From assembly GCA_040285855.1 (NCBI GenBank), contig JAUFOQ010000006.1, forward strand, positions 310,001 through 374,000: DNA of 64,000 nucleotides. Direction: 5' to 3'. The stretch comes from Eukaryota sp. GEM-RC1. Taxonomy: Eukaryota. The notes below the pieces were generated by a model, which worked only from the letters and a program-made list of their open reading frames with translations, did no database searches and was not told the origin of the DNA. How positions within the stretch are numbered: the first letter of the stretch is position 1; every line of letters begins with the position of its first letter. Positions 1 to 12,178 of this stretch are shown here, piece after piece. The position numbers were made by a program, and so were the translations under genes.

Positions 1-454
1 GATCATTTAACAGGAGAGAAATAAGGTTAGAATCAAATGATGGTTGTAGAATCAATGACGAGCTGGTCACGTCAGACAGGAACAAGAAAGGATCATCTGA
101 CATGGAACTTCCTAAAGTGATGGGTATGCCAACGTCATTGTCATATGAGAAAGAAACAATAGAATCTGGATGACACAGTACAATCGAATTGGAAACAGTG
201 AATGAAGGAGCATTTAAAATGACTTCAGGAGATGCAAAGATGACATGGCGGAACTGTGGCTCACAAGAAAGTTGATCAGAGGATCCCAGAATATCACACA
301 CAGAAAGTTCTGGTGTTGTCTCACTGATGAACAGGGTATCATAAGAAGGGTCGTGGCAAGCAGGAAAATCGCATGTGTAAGAACAACTCAATGGTGTACC
401 AAAGACTTGTTGAACAAGAAACATAAGAGCAATGGATACAATCACACAGTACAT
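1..454 (-). CDS. Partial (runs off window start) secreted/surface protein, Ser/Cys-rich N-terminus
   Basis: Manual translation from ATG at 454 is open to base 2: MYCVIVSIALMFLVQQVFG-TPLSCSYTCDFPAC...; hydrophobic signal-peptide-like start; composition similar to the N-terminus of the large surface protein at 35880. Absent from the ORF track because it has no stop inside the window. Confidence 0.65.
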   Translation of the reverse strand, partial: MYCVIVSIALMFLVQQVFGTPLSCSYTCDFPACHDPSYDTLFISETTPELSVCDILGSSDQLSCEPQFRHVIFASPEVILNAPSFTVSNSIVLCHPDSIVSFSYDNDVGIPITLGSSMSDDPFLFLSDVTSSSLILQPSFDSNLISLLLND

Positions 455-807
455 TGAGACATTTAAAGAAGGCTAAGTGTCGCTTATTGTGGAGAAAGAT
501 GATGTTGAAAGAAGATGAGTTGACTGACCAATCAATTGTAAATGCTCACCCCTTCCCAGTTTAAAAGCCCACCATCGGATAGACTACTGTACTTTGAACT
601 CTCTAGATGACACTTATTTTGGGTCGCATGTTACAAATTCGTCTATACGGTGTGCTCACTTAAGTCCATGTCTTGATTCAGCTACGTAGTTTAGATTATA
701 ACTTCTTCAAAACGCAAAATAACACAAACACAACTACGGAGAGACTTGTGAAGCCATGTCTCTTTTGGAGAAAATACTGTTTTATAAGGCTAATGTCCAA
801 AAACTTA

Positions 808-895
808 GGGATGAAGTCGATTAGAGTACTAGCATTGTTTGTTTGTTTTGACAAGTTCGTATTTTTGTAGGAAGGTTACCTATCTGGATACCGAA
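808..895 (+). repeat. Dispersed ~90-bp repeat, copy 1 (others ~10232-10328 minus strand, ~35465-35528 plus strand)
   Basis: Shared GATGAAGTCG...TTGTTTGTTTT...TTTGTAGGAAGGTTACCT; the third copy shares GAAGTCGTTTGGA...TGTTTTGACAA. Confidence 0.55.
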
Positions 896-2556
896 TTCTG
901 TTTTTACTGTTGAATTGGTACATCCGTTTTGGTTCATCTTTTTTGAGAGGTAAAGCTAGCTAACGGGACCCACACACTTGGTTGGATCCATCAGAGCTCT
1001 TTTCTGCTTTACCACGGATGAAAGACAACTTCGTAGGTTAGCTATTACCATTGGCTCTGCCACTGAATGTGTCTATTTTACTAACTGAAGATACAGGAAC
1101 TCCACACTGAAGAACTGCTGAAGCTGCAATTTGGATACTCAATGCGTCTTGTTCATGGCTTTGTTAGTGCATGTAATGGATTTTTTTCGGGGTATTCGTG
1201 TAGCGGTATAAGGGGAACTCAGAGAATCGGTATAGACGAATGTAGTTATTCAGTGTTTCCTGTATTGCTCCAAGAAAAACGTTTGTTTGATCCTGGCATC
1301 GTTCTCTCAATTAGTCTAGGAGCGTCTGTGGTTGGTCTCATAGGGGTGAAACCCTACGATAAGTAATGATGAGTTATACGTAACGCTCGAGTTATGTATT
1401 TTATATGAAATATACAGATTCAACACACAAATAGAAATCTTACCGAAAAACTGAGAATTTGAAAGTATGTATAACATACTCAGACCATAGTAAGACTAAA
1501 ACCAAATGTGTTGGTCTAAGTATATCTGGTATTAAATTTCGTTTTTCGACATTAACCGTGCCACAAACTTCTCAACTAATGGAGAGAAATAAAGAGCAAA
1601 CTCTGCATTTGTGTGATTAATGGAAAACACAATACAGTTTTTCCATCCATACATTCTCAACTTACGCTTCGTTTTTTTGACAACGCATTTATGACCTTGA
1701 AAAATTGATCATATGCGGTTCTGATCGAGCCGAAAAGAGAAAAGAGAATATGATTGGTCATTTAATTCTTCTACCTAAGAGTCGAACTTATAATGCTTCA
1801 GTTTTCCTGTAACTGTTGGACAGATTAAACGAAGAATCAAATAACATACTGACACGAGACTTGTTACAAACATCAGCTGTAGAAAAGTTTATTAATGATT
1901 GACTAGATGTAGCAAAGTATGAAAATTCCTATTTTTATCTGAAATATTTTTGCTGATTCTATTTGGGAAGATTTTATGATTACAGTAAGATAATCTTACT
2001 CAGATTGTTTAATTGCCTTTTTAAATTCCACGTATTCGATAAACCTTGTTAATATCGCTATTTAATCTTCAGCAAGACAGAATGCTGTAGAACGCTTTCA
2101 GCTTTTTTGAAAACGGTGAATTATTATAAACCAGATTTTTTCTTTCAGTTGCCCATACACTTGCACAGTTTTATGGAGAAAATTGAAACAAATTTTGATA
2201 ATGCCGTGATGATGTGTATTTCGTTTTATGTTGGTGTATGTTAATGAAGGAAATAAAGCACAATTTCGTGTATGTGATCATTAAATTTTAAGTATTCATC
2301 ACTTAACCACATAAGAACAAAATCACAATATCAAGACATATGTCTGTCACACATCACACACCGAATCGAATCACATCACAAATAATTGTTATTTAGTTCC
2401 ATTCTTTTTAAAATAAAAGCCACAGATACTACAAGTCTTTCCTTATCAATCTACTGCTATGGCAATCCCACATCTACTTTAACAGAACATAACCATCAAC
2501 TAGTATCAACAAAAGACCCAGCACTATTCTATAAATAGAGAAGTTTTTGTTAAAGC

Positions 2557-5500
2557 CTATAGATGAAGATTCTTCTCTTTTTGATTGGCAAGTATGAGTT
2601 TAACTTCTTCATTACCACCATCACAATTGTGCAAATTAGGAGGTGGAGAATCATTTAAATTCAAACATTTGGTATGTTGTTCACGTAGCTGAAAAGCTCT
2701 AAATTGAGATTGAATCGTGACCATTGAATTCACTTGCTTTCTACAAGATTGTCTTGTATTGAAACCTCTAATTACAGACTGAATTTTTACGACAGATTTC
2801 AATAAATTCAAATATTTGCGACGTTGTTGCAGAGTTCTAATTTGAGATTGAAGTTTGAAGACTGAACTAATCTGAGATTGTCTAGAAAAGAGCGGTGAAT
2901 CAAAGCAGTATTGTCCACAACCCAATTTAACATTTTTAAATATTTGCGTCGTTGATGGACAGCTCTAATTTGAGATTGAATTTTAACAATTGATGAGACT
3001 TTCTTTCTACAAGATTGTCTTACAGTAAAACCTCTAATAACAGACTGAATTTGCACAGTAGAATTCAACAATTTTAAAAATTTGCGTCGTTGATGGACAG
3101 CTCTAATTTGAGATTGAATTTTAACAATTGATGAGACTTGTTTTCTACAAGATTGGCTTGCAGTAAAACCTCTAAAAGCAGACTGAATTTGCACAGTAGA
3201 AGCCAACATTTTTAAATATTTGCGTCGTTGATGGAAAGCTCGAATTTGAGATTGAATTTTGACAATTGATGAATCTTGTTTTCTACAAGAATGTCTTACA
3301 GTAAAACCTCTAATAACAGACTGAATTTGCACAGTAGAAGCCAACATTTTTAAATATTTGCGTCGTTGATGGAAAGCTCGAATTTGAGATTGAATTTTGA
3401 CAATTGATGAATCTTGTTTTCTACAAGAATGTCTTACAGTAAAACCTCTAATAACAGACTGAATTTGCACAGTAGAAGCCAACATTTTTAAATATTTGCG
3501 TCGTTGATGGAAAGCTCGAATTTGAGATTGAATTTTGACAATTGATGAACCTTGTTTTCTACAAGATTGTCTTACAGTAAAACCTCTAATAACAGACTGA
3601 ATTTGCACAGTAGAATTCAACATTTTTAAATATTTGCGTCGTTGATGGAAAGCTCGAATTTGAGATTGAATTTTGACAATTGATGAATCTTGTTTTCTAC
3701 AAGAATGTCTTACAGTAAAACCTCTAATAACAGACTGAATTTGCACAGTAGAAGCCAACATTTTTAAATATTTGCGTCGTTGATGGAAAGCTCGAATTTG
3801 AGATTGAATTTTGACAATTGATGAACCTTGTTTTCTACAAGATTGTCTTACAGTAAAACCTCTAATAACAGACTGAATTTGCACAGTAGAATTCAACATT
3901 TTTAAATATTTGCGTCGTTGGTGGAAAGCTCGAATTTGAGATTGAATTTTGACAATTGATGAATCTTGTTTTCTACAAGATTGTCTTACAGTAAAACCTC
4001 TAATAACAGACTGAATTTGCACAGTAGAAATCAACATTTTTAAATATTTGCGTCGTTGATGGAAAGCTCGAATTTGAGATTGAATTTTAACAATCGATGA
4101 GACTTGTTTTCTACAAGATTGTCTTGCAGTAAAACCTCTAAAAGCTGACTGGATTTGCACAGTAGAATTCATCATTTTAAAATATTTGCGTCGTTGGTGG
4201 AAAGCTCGAATTTGAGATTGAATTTTGACAATTGATGAATCTTGTTTTCTACAAGATTGTCTTACAGTAAAACCTCTAATAACAGACTGAATTTGCACAG
4301 TAGAATTCAACATTTTTAAATATTTGCGTCGTTGATGGATAGCTCTAATTTGAGATTGAATTTTGACAATTGATGAAACTTGTTTTCTACAAGATTGTCT
4401 TGCAGTAAAACCTCTAAAAGCAGACTGTATTTGCACAGTAGAATTCAACATTTTTAAATATTTGCGTCGTTGATGGATAGCTCTAATTTGAGATTGAATT
4501 TTGACAATTGATGAAACTTGTTTTCTACAAGATTGTCTTGCAGTAAAACCTCTAAAAGCAGACTGGATTTGTACAGTAGAATTCAACAATTTTAAATATT
4601 TGCGTCGATGATGGATAGCTCTAATTTGAGATTGAATTGTGAGAATTGATGAAACTTGTTTTCTACAAGATTGTCTTACAGTAAAACCTCTAATAACAGA
4701 CTGAATTTGCACAGTAGAAATCAACATTTTTAAATATTTGCGTCGTTGATGGAAAGCTCGAATTTGAGATTGAATTGTGAGAATTGATGAAACTTGTTTT
4801 CTACAAGATTGTCTTACAGTAAAACCTCTAATAACAGACTGAATTTGCACAGTAGAAATCAACATTTTTAAATATTTGCGTCGTTGATGGAAAGCTCGAA
4901 TTTGAGATTGAATTTTAACAATCGATGAGACTTGTTTTCTACAAGATTGTCTTGCAGTAAAACCTCTAAAAGCTGACTGGATTTGCACAGTAGAATTCAA
5001 CATTTTTAAATATTTGCGTCGTTGGTGGAAAGCTCGAATTTGAGATTGAATTTTGACAATTGATGAATCTTGTTTTCTACAAGATTGTCTTGCAGTAAAA
5101 CCTCTAAAAGCAGACTGGATTTGCACAGTAGAATTCAACATTTTAAAATATTTGCGTCGTTGATGGAAAGCTCGAATTTGAGATTGAATTGTGAGAATTG
5201 ATGAAACTTGTTTTCTACAAGATTGTCTTACAGTAAAACCTCTAATAACAGACTGAATTTGCACAGTAGAATTCAACATTTTTAAATATTTGCGTCGTTG
5301 ATGGAAAGCTCGAATTTGAGATTGAATTGTGAGAATTGATGAAACTTGTTTTCTACAAGATTGTCTTACAGTAAAACCTCTAATAACAGACTGAATTTGC
5401 ACAGTAGAAATCAACATTTTTAAAAATTTGCGTCGTTGATGGATAGTTCTAATTTGAGATTGAATTTTAACAATTGATGAAACTTGTTTTCTACAAGATT

Positions 5501-7906
5501 GTCTTACAGTAAAACCTCTAATAACAGACTGAATTTGCACAGTAGAATTCAACAATTTTGAATATTTGCGTCGTTGATGGAAAGCTCGAATTTGAGATTG
5601 AATTTTGACAATTGATGAATCTTGTTTTCTACAAGAATGTCTTACAGTAAAACCTCTAATAACAGACTGAATTTGCACAGTAGAAGCCAACATTTTTAAA
5701 TATTTGCGTCGTTGATGGAAAGCTCGAATTTGAGATTGAATTTTGACAATTGATGAACCTTGTTTTCTACAAGATTGTCTTACAGTAAAACCTCTAATAA
5801 CAGACTGAATTTGCACAGTAGAATTCAACATTTTTAAATATTTGCGTCGTTGATGGAAAGCTCGAATTTGAGATTGAATTGTGAGAATTGATGAAACTTG
5901 TTTTCTACAAGATTGTCTTACAGTAAAACCTCTAATGACAGACTGAATTTGCACAGTAGAAATCAACATTTTTAAAAATTTGCGTCGTTGATGGATAGTT
6001 CTAATTTGAGATTGAATTTTAACAATTGATGAAACTTGTTTTCTACAAGATTGTCTTACAGTAAAACCTCTAATAACAGACTGAATTTGCACAGTAGAAT
6101 TCAACAATTTTGAATATTTGCGTCGTTGATGGATAGCTCGAATTTGAGATTGAATTTTGACAACCGATGAAACTTTTTTCTACAAGATTTTCTTGCAGTA
6201 AAACCTCTAAAAGCAGACTGAATTTGCTCAGTAGAAGTCAACATTTTTAAATATTTGCGTCGTTGATGGATAGCTCTAATTTGAGATTGAATTTTGACAA
6301 TTGATGAATCTTGTTTTCTACAAGATTGTCTTACAGTAAAACCTCTAATAACAGACTGAATTTGCACAGTAGAATTCAACATTTTTAAATATTTGCGTCG
6401 TTGATGGAAAGCTCGAATTTGAGATTGAATTTTAACAATTGATGAAACTTGTTTTCGACAAGATTGTCTTGCAGTAAAACCTCTAAAAGCAGACTGAATT
6501 TGAACAGTAGAATTCAACAATTTTAAAAATTTGCGTCGTTGATGGATAGTTCTAATTTGAGATTGAATTTTAACAATTGATGAAACTTGTTTTCTACAAG
6601 ATTGTCTTACAGTAAAACCTCTAATAACAGACTGAATTTGCACAGTAGAATTCAACAATTTTGAATATTTGCGTCGTTGATGGATAGCTCGAATTTGAGA
6701 TTGAATTTTGACAACCGATGAAACTTTTTTTCTACAAGATTTTCTTGCAGTAAAACCTCTAAAAGCAGACTGAATTTGCACAGTAGAAGTCAACATTTTT
6801 AAATATTTGCGTCGTTGATGGATAGCTCTAATTTGAGATTGAATTTTGACAACTGATGAAACTTGTTTTCTGAACGATTGTCTGGTAACAAAACTTCTTA
6901 TTAAAGGCTGAATTTGCACAACAGAATTCAAGATATTTAAATATTTCCGTCGTTGCTTGAAAGTCAAAAAAAGAGACTGAATTTTGGAGATTGAAACCAT
7001 TTGTTCTCTAAAGCACTGTCTTACAGTAAAACCTCTAATGAACGACTGGATTATCACAACAGAATTTAATAAATTAAAATATTTGCGACGTTGAAGGAAA
7101 GTTCTAATATGAGCTTGAATTTTGATGGCGGAAACCATCTGATTCTTACAGTATTGTCGTACAGTAAAACCTCTTATAGCGGATTGAATTATGATAGTAG
7201 AAGTATACAAATTTAAATATATCCGACGCTGTTGATAAGTTCTGATTTGCGCTTGAATCTTTGATATAGAAAACACACGCTTTTTGAAGTATTGTCTTGT
7301 AGTAAAACCTCTGACAACTGACTGAATTGTGACAGCAGACTTTAATAAATTTAAATAATTCCGACGTTGATGGAAAGCTCTGAATTGTGCTTGAATCGTA
7401 ACTGCGGAGATCAACCTGGTTTTTGCCCACCTTCTAACAACAAAACTTCTGATTAAAGATTGAATTTTGACTGTAGAAACTGCTAATTTTGAAAACTGAC
7501 AATCAGGAAGAAACGCATACGAATTGATGAAATTATTATACACCATCTCAGTAATTGATAGTAAGTCCAGAACTTCAGCGGTAAATGAAAGAATTACTTT
7601 CGAAGTAGAGATAACACAAACTTCTTCGGAGGAGTAAGTTCCCGATCTTTGGAATTTGAACGATATCAGAAGCTTTCGTTTGTCTTTTGAAGGAAGTTTG
7701 AGGTAAGGATGAACATGGATAGATCGAGAACTGGGGATAAGAGTAACTGATTGGGGGATGTCCCACTGGTTCTCGATTGTAAGGACGTGAGAAAAGGAGG
7801 AAGTTGAGATGACAGGCCCTAGATTGATCTTGATACGATGTGTTTTACTAGGAAGAACAAGAACTGATTTATTTGTGGGGGCAGAAAGAAGGACATCCAC
7901 TGCCAT
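2557..7906 (-). CDS. Giant IQ-motif repeat protein (~1,780 aa) with a short beta-rich, possibly ASH/MSP-like, N-terminal domain; ASPM-like architecture but no visible CH domains
   Basis: ORFs 6101-7906, 2808-6107 and 2557-2925 carry the same IQSxIRGFxxRQ / IQSQIRAxHQRRKY repeats. The join near 6174-6179 is a T6 run where the sister copy at ~6725 has T7; a second shift lies near 2886-2890. Confidence 0.85.
2930..6880 (-). repeat. Coding tandem array, 138-bp unit (46 aa, two IQ motifs), ~28-29 near-identical units plus degenerate flanking units
   Basis: TTTGCGTCGTTGATGG...TGAGATTGAATT...CTACAAGATTGTCTT...CAGTAAAACCTCTA recurs every 138 nt. Confidence 0.95.
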
Positions 7907-8000
7907 CCCAGTAGACGTCGATGTTGGTAAGAGTTAGGATGAATTCTAAGATTCAATAATGCTACGGATTCACTGTAGTAAATAAAGGCTATGGCTATGA

Positions 8001-8420
8001 CTATGACAAATAACTGGGTCTAACTCCTAGACCCCGCTCCAAATGATGCTCCGCAATTGTCTTGATATTGATACATGCTAACTTGTTACGATTCCAAACC
8101 TTGGCGCTACCATGACATTCTTCTCTACATTCTTGGGACTTGCATCTCAACAAAGCGTGACACTTTAGCAGAGGTTTCTTCTCTCTTTTCCATGGTTTTG
8201 GATTACTGATTTCTTTGAACTCTTTAACTGCCCTCCAACAAGTAGGACACTTTGAAGACGCGTTACTCTCAGCTACAAGAACAATGTTAACACCATTTCT
8301 CTTAAAGAAGTTCTCCAACCGACACCTCTACTTAATCGGAGGTGTTTTAGGTTCTGCCTCTTAGTACCATTGTCACTAAACATCAATACACCTTCATTTT
8401 TAATCCACCCTTTTTCAGTC
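8001..8420 (-). pseudogene. Fanzor (Fanzor1-like, eukaryotic TnpB/Cas12 homologue) C-terminal RuvC-II / zinc-finger / RuvC-III remnant
   Basis: With one frameshift near 8312 it reads VLMFSDNGTKRQNLKHLRLSRGVGWR(N)FFKRNGVNIVLVAESNASSKCPTC...SNPKPWKREKKPLLKCHALLRCKSQEC...KVWNRNKLACINIKTI...RPSYLS*. This matches the Fanzor1 pattern GxGxR..l...G..v.l.dE..TS..CxxC...NPrP...h.lLrC...C...wNRD..a..Ni...RP. The RuvC-III Asp appears as Asn. Confidence 0.8.
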
Positions 8421-8959
8421 ATATTTTTCAACATAGATGCAAAATTCAAAATACACTATTTTTTGTATTCTGTATTTTTTCTCTATTATGTATTGTATGT
8501 TTTTCTGGAAAAGTGTATTTGTATTGGCACAATTGTGCCATTTATTTAACAACTTGCAGAACTCACAATTGTCTGCTGAATTTTCTAAACGTTCCATTAC
8601 AGTACGACAACCGTGTATGCTAGATGACTAAAAAGTGAAACACCGATCAAAGTCAAGTGACAACAAATTAGAAAAGTTTAATAAGGATCATTCTAAAAAA
8701 TTGAAAAATACCAAACCATGTCGAAGTTGTGAACTCTAGTTTCACTACTGATAGTCAGTGGTGAAGATTCTAAACCCTGATGAGACGAGCTGCACGACAC
8801 TGAGTTTGATCCTGTCTTAAAAGTAGTGTACGACACCAATAGTGTTCAAAGTCACATTGTATAACTCCACAGCATTTCTGCGAACCATTGTTGCATTTTA
8901 GAATCGAAAGGACTATTGGGTTATAAATAAAAAGAAGTCAAAGAATGCATACCGAAAAG

Positions 8960-9250
8960 GTGAACAATGATAACCTGAAGATCAATCAGGTCAAACAGTA
9001 GTAATCAAAGTTTTCGTTAATAACTGTAAGTTTGGAACCCACATAGTCATTGAATGTTTATTTCCAATATTCTTTGGATAATGTTGACTGTTCTTGTTCA
9101 ACTGTTTTTCCATCTTGGAGAATGAATTCTTCTCCTTTTTCTGTTAAACTTTTGAGTTGACTTAACCAAATATGGCGGGGTGGTGAAACAACGAGCTAAC
9201 GAATTAGAGAAGAGTAAGGCTTCATTTCTAGGTCGATACCAAATTTGATC
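8960..9250 (-). pseudogene. Probable upstream part of the same Fanzor gene (helical region between RuvC-I and RuvC-II)
   Basis: Reads GKTVEQEQSTLSKEYWK*TFNDYVGSKLTVINENFDYY...IFRL, resembling the Fanzor1 segment V.e.E..Ls....kT..F..Y...k.......fY....fR; a possible degenerate RuvC-I (FGIDL) lies near 9230-9245. Confidence 0.5.
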
Positions 9251-9964
9251 TCTATGTATCGTTAAACGGAATCTGGATCAACTATGTGCACTTTTTGCTT
9301 CACGACCTATTAGTACCACAAGTTCTGGACCCAAAACTAAATTACGGCTATTTTTCATTCCTTCTTCAAACTGCTTTTCCCATTATTGTGTTCCTACTAT
9401 TGTTATGAAATACTCCACCTCCGAAAATAAAATAGACAAAACTACACTAAAAAATACCAATTTCTAACTCAATTGTCTTTTGTTATTTTTCTTTTGTAGA
9501 CGTATTTGAAGTTCCAATTAAGAATTCCGCTTAATATTACTATCAATGTCAGTGATGATTTGTTTTCAATCCTAGGAGAAGTACAGATTCTAATTTCTGA
9601 TTTAGCACCAACATTGAGTGTTTTTCCCATTTGCAAAGTTTATCTGCATCTTTTATCATCCCACATTTGGTGTCTGTGATTGTGTCTTTCGACATAAAAC
9701 AATCCGTAATTACTATGACTGTTTGACGACCGTCTCAAAGATTCGACACAATTTTTTGCATAGATGACTATGAATGTGGTGTTTGTTGAGTAGATCCGTT
9801 GCTTAATGTTACTGATTATCGGTTCATTAGTTACTGTGACTACAGAATTGTGCATAACGTCGAGGCGTATAACCACTTGAATAGTCAAAAATGAACATTC
9901 TGAAAAAGTACAAAAACAAAACTTGAAATGAATTTGAAAAATACAGAAAAGGTTATGGTTATGG

Positions 9965-10143
9965 TTATGGTTGAATCAGATCGTTTTTACTGTTTTAAAA
10001 CAATTCCCCTAATCATCTCCAACGCTTTATTAGCAGTGAGTTCCTTTTATGAGGACAAAGCTGTTGTAAGGTTCGATAGCGGTGTGGTTTTAATGATATC
10101 AAATTTTAGTTGTTTGATCTATTACATTTATAATAAAATAAAA
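9965..10143 (+). mobile_element. 3'-terminal fragment of CRE-like RLE non-LTR retrotransposon (subfamily A)
   Basis: Near-identical to 23040-23219 (TTATGGTTGAATC...GAGGACAAAGCTGTTGTAAGG...CTATTACATTTATAATAAAA); A-rich 3' end. Confidence 0.8.
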
Positions 10144-11049
10144 GAGACTATAAAAATACAGAAAAATAAAGATATGCATAAATACAAAAATTCAAAAATA
10201 TGTAGATCCCATCTATGATGCATACAGAGGAGAATTTATTAGGCACCCAATAAGGTAACCTTCCTACAAACTATGAAATTGTAAAAACAAACAAATAATA
10301 CTAAGATTAAATCCAAACGACTTCATCTTTCTATGTATAACTCAAAAACTCATAATTACGACGAATATTTTGTTCCAACGCAGTCCTCAAGTCATACTGA
10401 ATAGTGCTCTGCGAATGGTATCAAATTCCAGTTCTGCAAAATGCATTTATCCACGTGCATCAACAACACAGTTTTTATAGCTGGGAAAGTCTGAATCATC
10501 AGTATACATTCCTTTTCTAACAACAATAACACACAGGTCTTCATCAATTGTTGTGATAGGATATTCGTTCTAAATTTTAAACTCATGAACTTTAGATGAC
10601 AGTTTTTTATTCGATATTTACCTACAGTATTCAAAGTATTTTGTCTGGACCAGACTAATTAAATTAACGTCGACACCATTGAATATAAAAAGAATTAATT
10701 TGGACCAGCCAGGGAGGATTTATAAATACTTAAATAAATACGATGTTGTGATTCGACCAAAATAACTCTATACAGTATTCAGATTCCATATTTTTTCCAA
10801 AAAAAAATATTGAATAATTAAATAGCTAGGGACCTTCGTTGTTATGCCATTTAGTAGAACAATAATACTAATTGAAACAAACCTACTCATCAACACTCTA
10901 ACCGATGTCTACGACTTGACCATCATATCCTATGCCTCTTTTAGTTGTATTCAACTAAAGGTAAAGTCCCATTACCCACGATTTTCATGGAAAAACCGCT
11001 TTACCAGTGGTACAAAAAGCCCAAAAAAGGTTAGGTTGGAAGCTTGAAG

Positions 11050-11210
11050 TCTTTGTAATACTCTGTTAACATACAGTTTCGAGTTGTGCGTTCCTTTTAC
11101 GAGAACAAAACTGTTTTAAGATTTGATAGTAACGGGTGTTGTTTTAATAATACCAAATATTGGGTTTTTAAGTACATTACATATGCAAACATTAATTTTT
11201 TAAAAAAACA
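11050..11210 (+). mobile_element. Degenerate 3' fragment of subfamily A retrotransposon
   Basis: Encodes SFYENKTVLRFDSNGCCFNN, homologous to the 3' end of the 22540-23238 copy; ends in an A run. Confidence 0.65.
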
Positions 11211-11246
11211 TACAATTTATGATGTATATACGAAAGAAAAATATCT

Positions 11247-11274
11247 TGCAGCGACATGGAATCGAACCATGGTC
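11247..11274 (-). other. tRNA-like 3' fragment (T-arm/B-box plus acceptor-like end); related copy at ~30004-30028
   Basis: Minus strand GACCATGGTTCGATTCCATGTCGCTGCA: 5-bp T-stem CATGG/CCATG around TTCGATT, followed shortly by a T run. No matching 5' half was seen. Confidence 0.45.
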
Positions 11275-12178
11275 TGTACGAGAAATTGACACATCCCTAG
11301 TTCGTATCAATTGTATCATTTAGTTCTTCCACACAACTCATACCACCATTGATATTACTTCACAGAACTCTACATTTTCATGCAGACTTTTTTGCTCCCA
11401 CTTTCTGGTGGAGCTATGTGAACTTCAGCACTACAGTCTTCTGTTGATACTGTTCATTTCTCTTCAGTCTTCTGTTGATCAACAGTTTTTCTGTCCTTCT
11501 GCATTTGCTCGTCTTCTTAATCACCGAAGTCGCACTCCCATTCTCGTTTGAGGTCAATGTGAATGCGTTTTGAAGTTTGAAGATCAATTACTGATTTTAC
11601 CTAACTCTACAAGATGATGAGTTTGGCATCTCCGCCTTTAAGACTTTAGAAGTGCAAAGCATGGGACACCTGCGTTGTGCTGACTATGAAATGATTCATT
11701 GACATGGTCTTAAGGAATACTTTCTGGACAATTGTAAGTCAATGTGTACTCTTAAAGTTCCAGAAGTACTGTGAAGTTTGTTGATTCTGTTGAGTTTTGT
11801 CTGATTCTATGGGGTCTATCCATATTAATTTGGGAATGGGAGATACGTTTCTTTTCATGTCAAACTCTTATAATGTATTCATGTTGTCTTGAATTCTTCC
11901 AACTTCTTTATGTCAAATTCGTCTTTTCTGACGTTATAGAAGAGTTCTTACTTACTAATACAAATAGGTCACTGGTTGAATCTACCGTTTCAGTATTAAT
12001 TTCAAATTTTGATGATGTAATGCTGTATATGACATTTCTTTTTGTCTCTTTTTCCAGTTTATATTTCTCTTTTGAATTTCACCTTTCTTTTTGCAAGTAA
12101 TTTGTGAAAACTGTTGTGGCCAAAGACATGGTCAATCGTAGATCTCGTAACTGTTTCAAAAAAATATTTATATTAATA

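Noticed and set aside
8525..8540. Perfect 16-bp palindrome TGGCACAATTGTGCCA inside the segment interrupting the Fanzor relic
   Set aside because: Isolated, with no element boundaries or second copy found.
8777..8825. CTGATGA hammerhead ribozyme core (also at ~28418)
   Set aside because: No stem II closed by GAAA and no convincing stems I/III.
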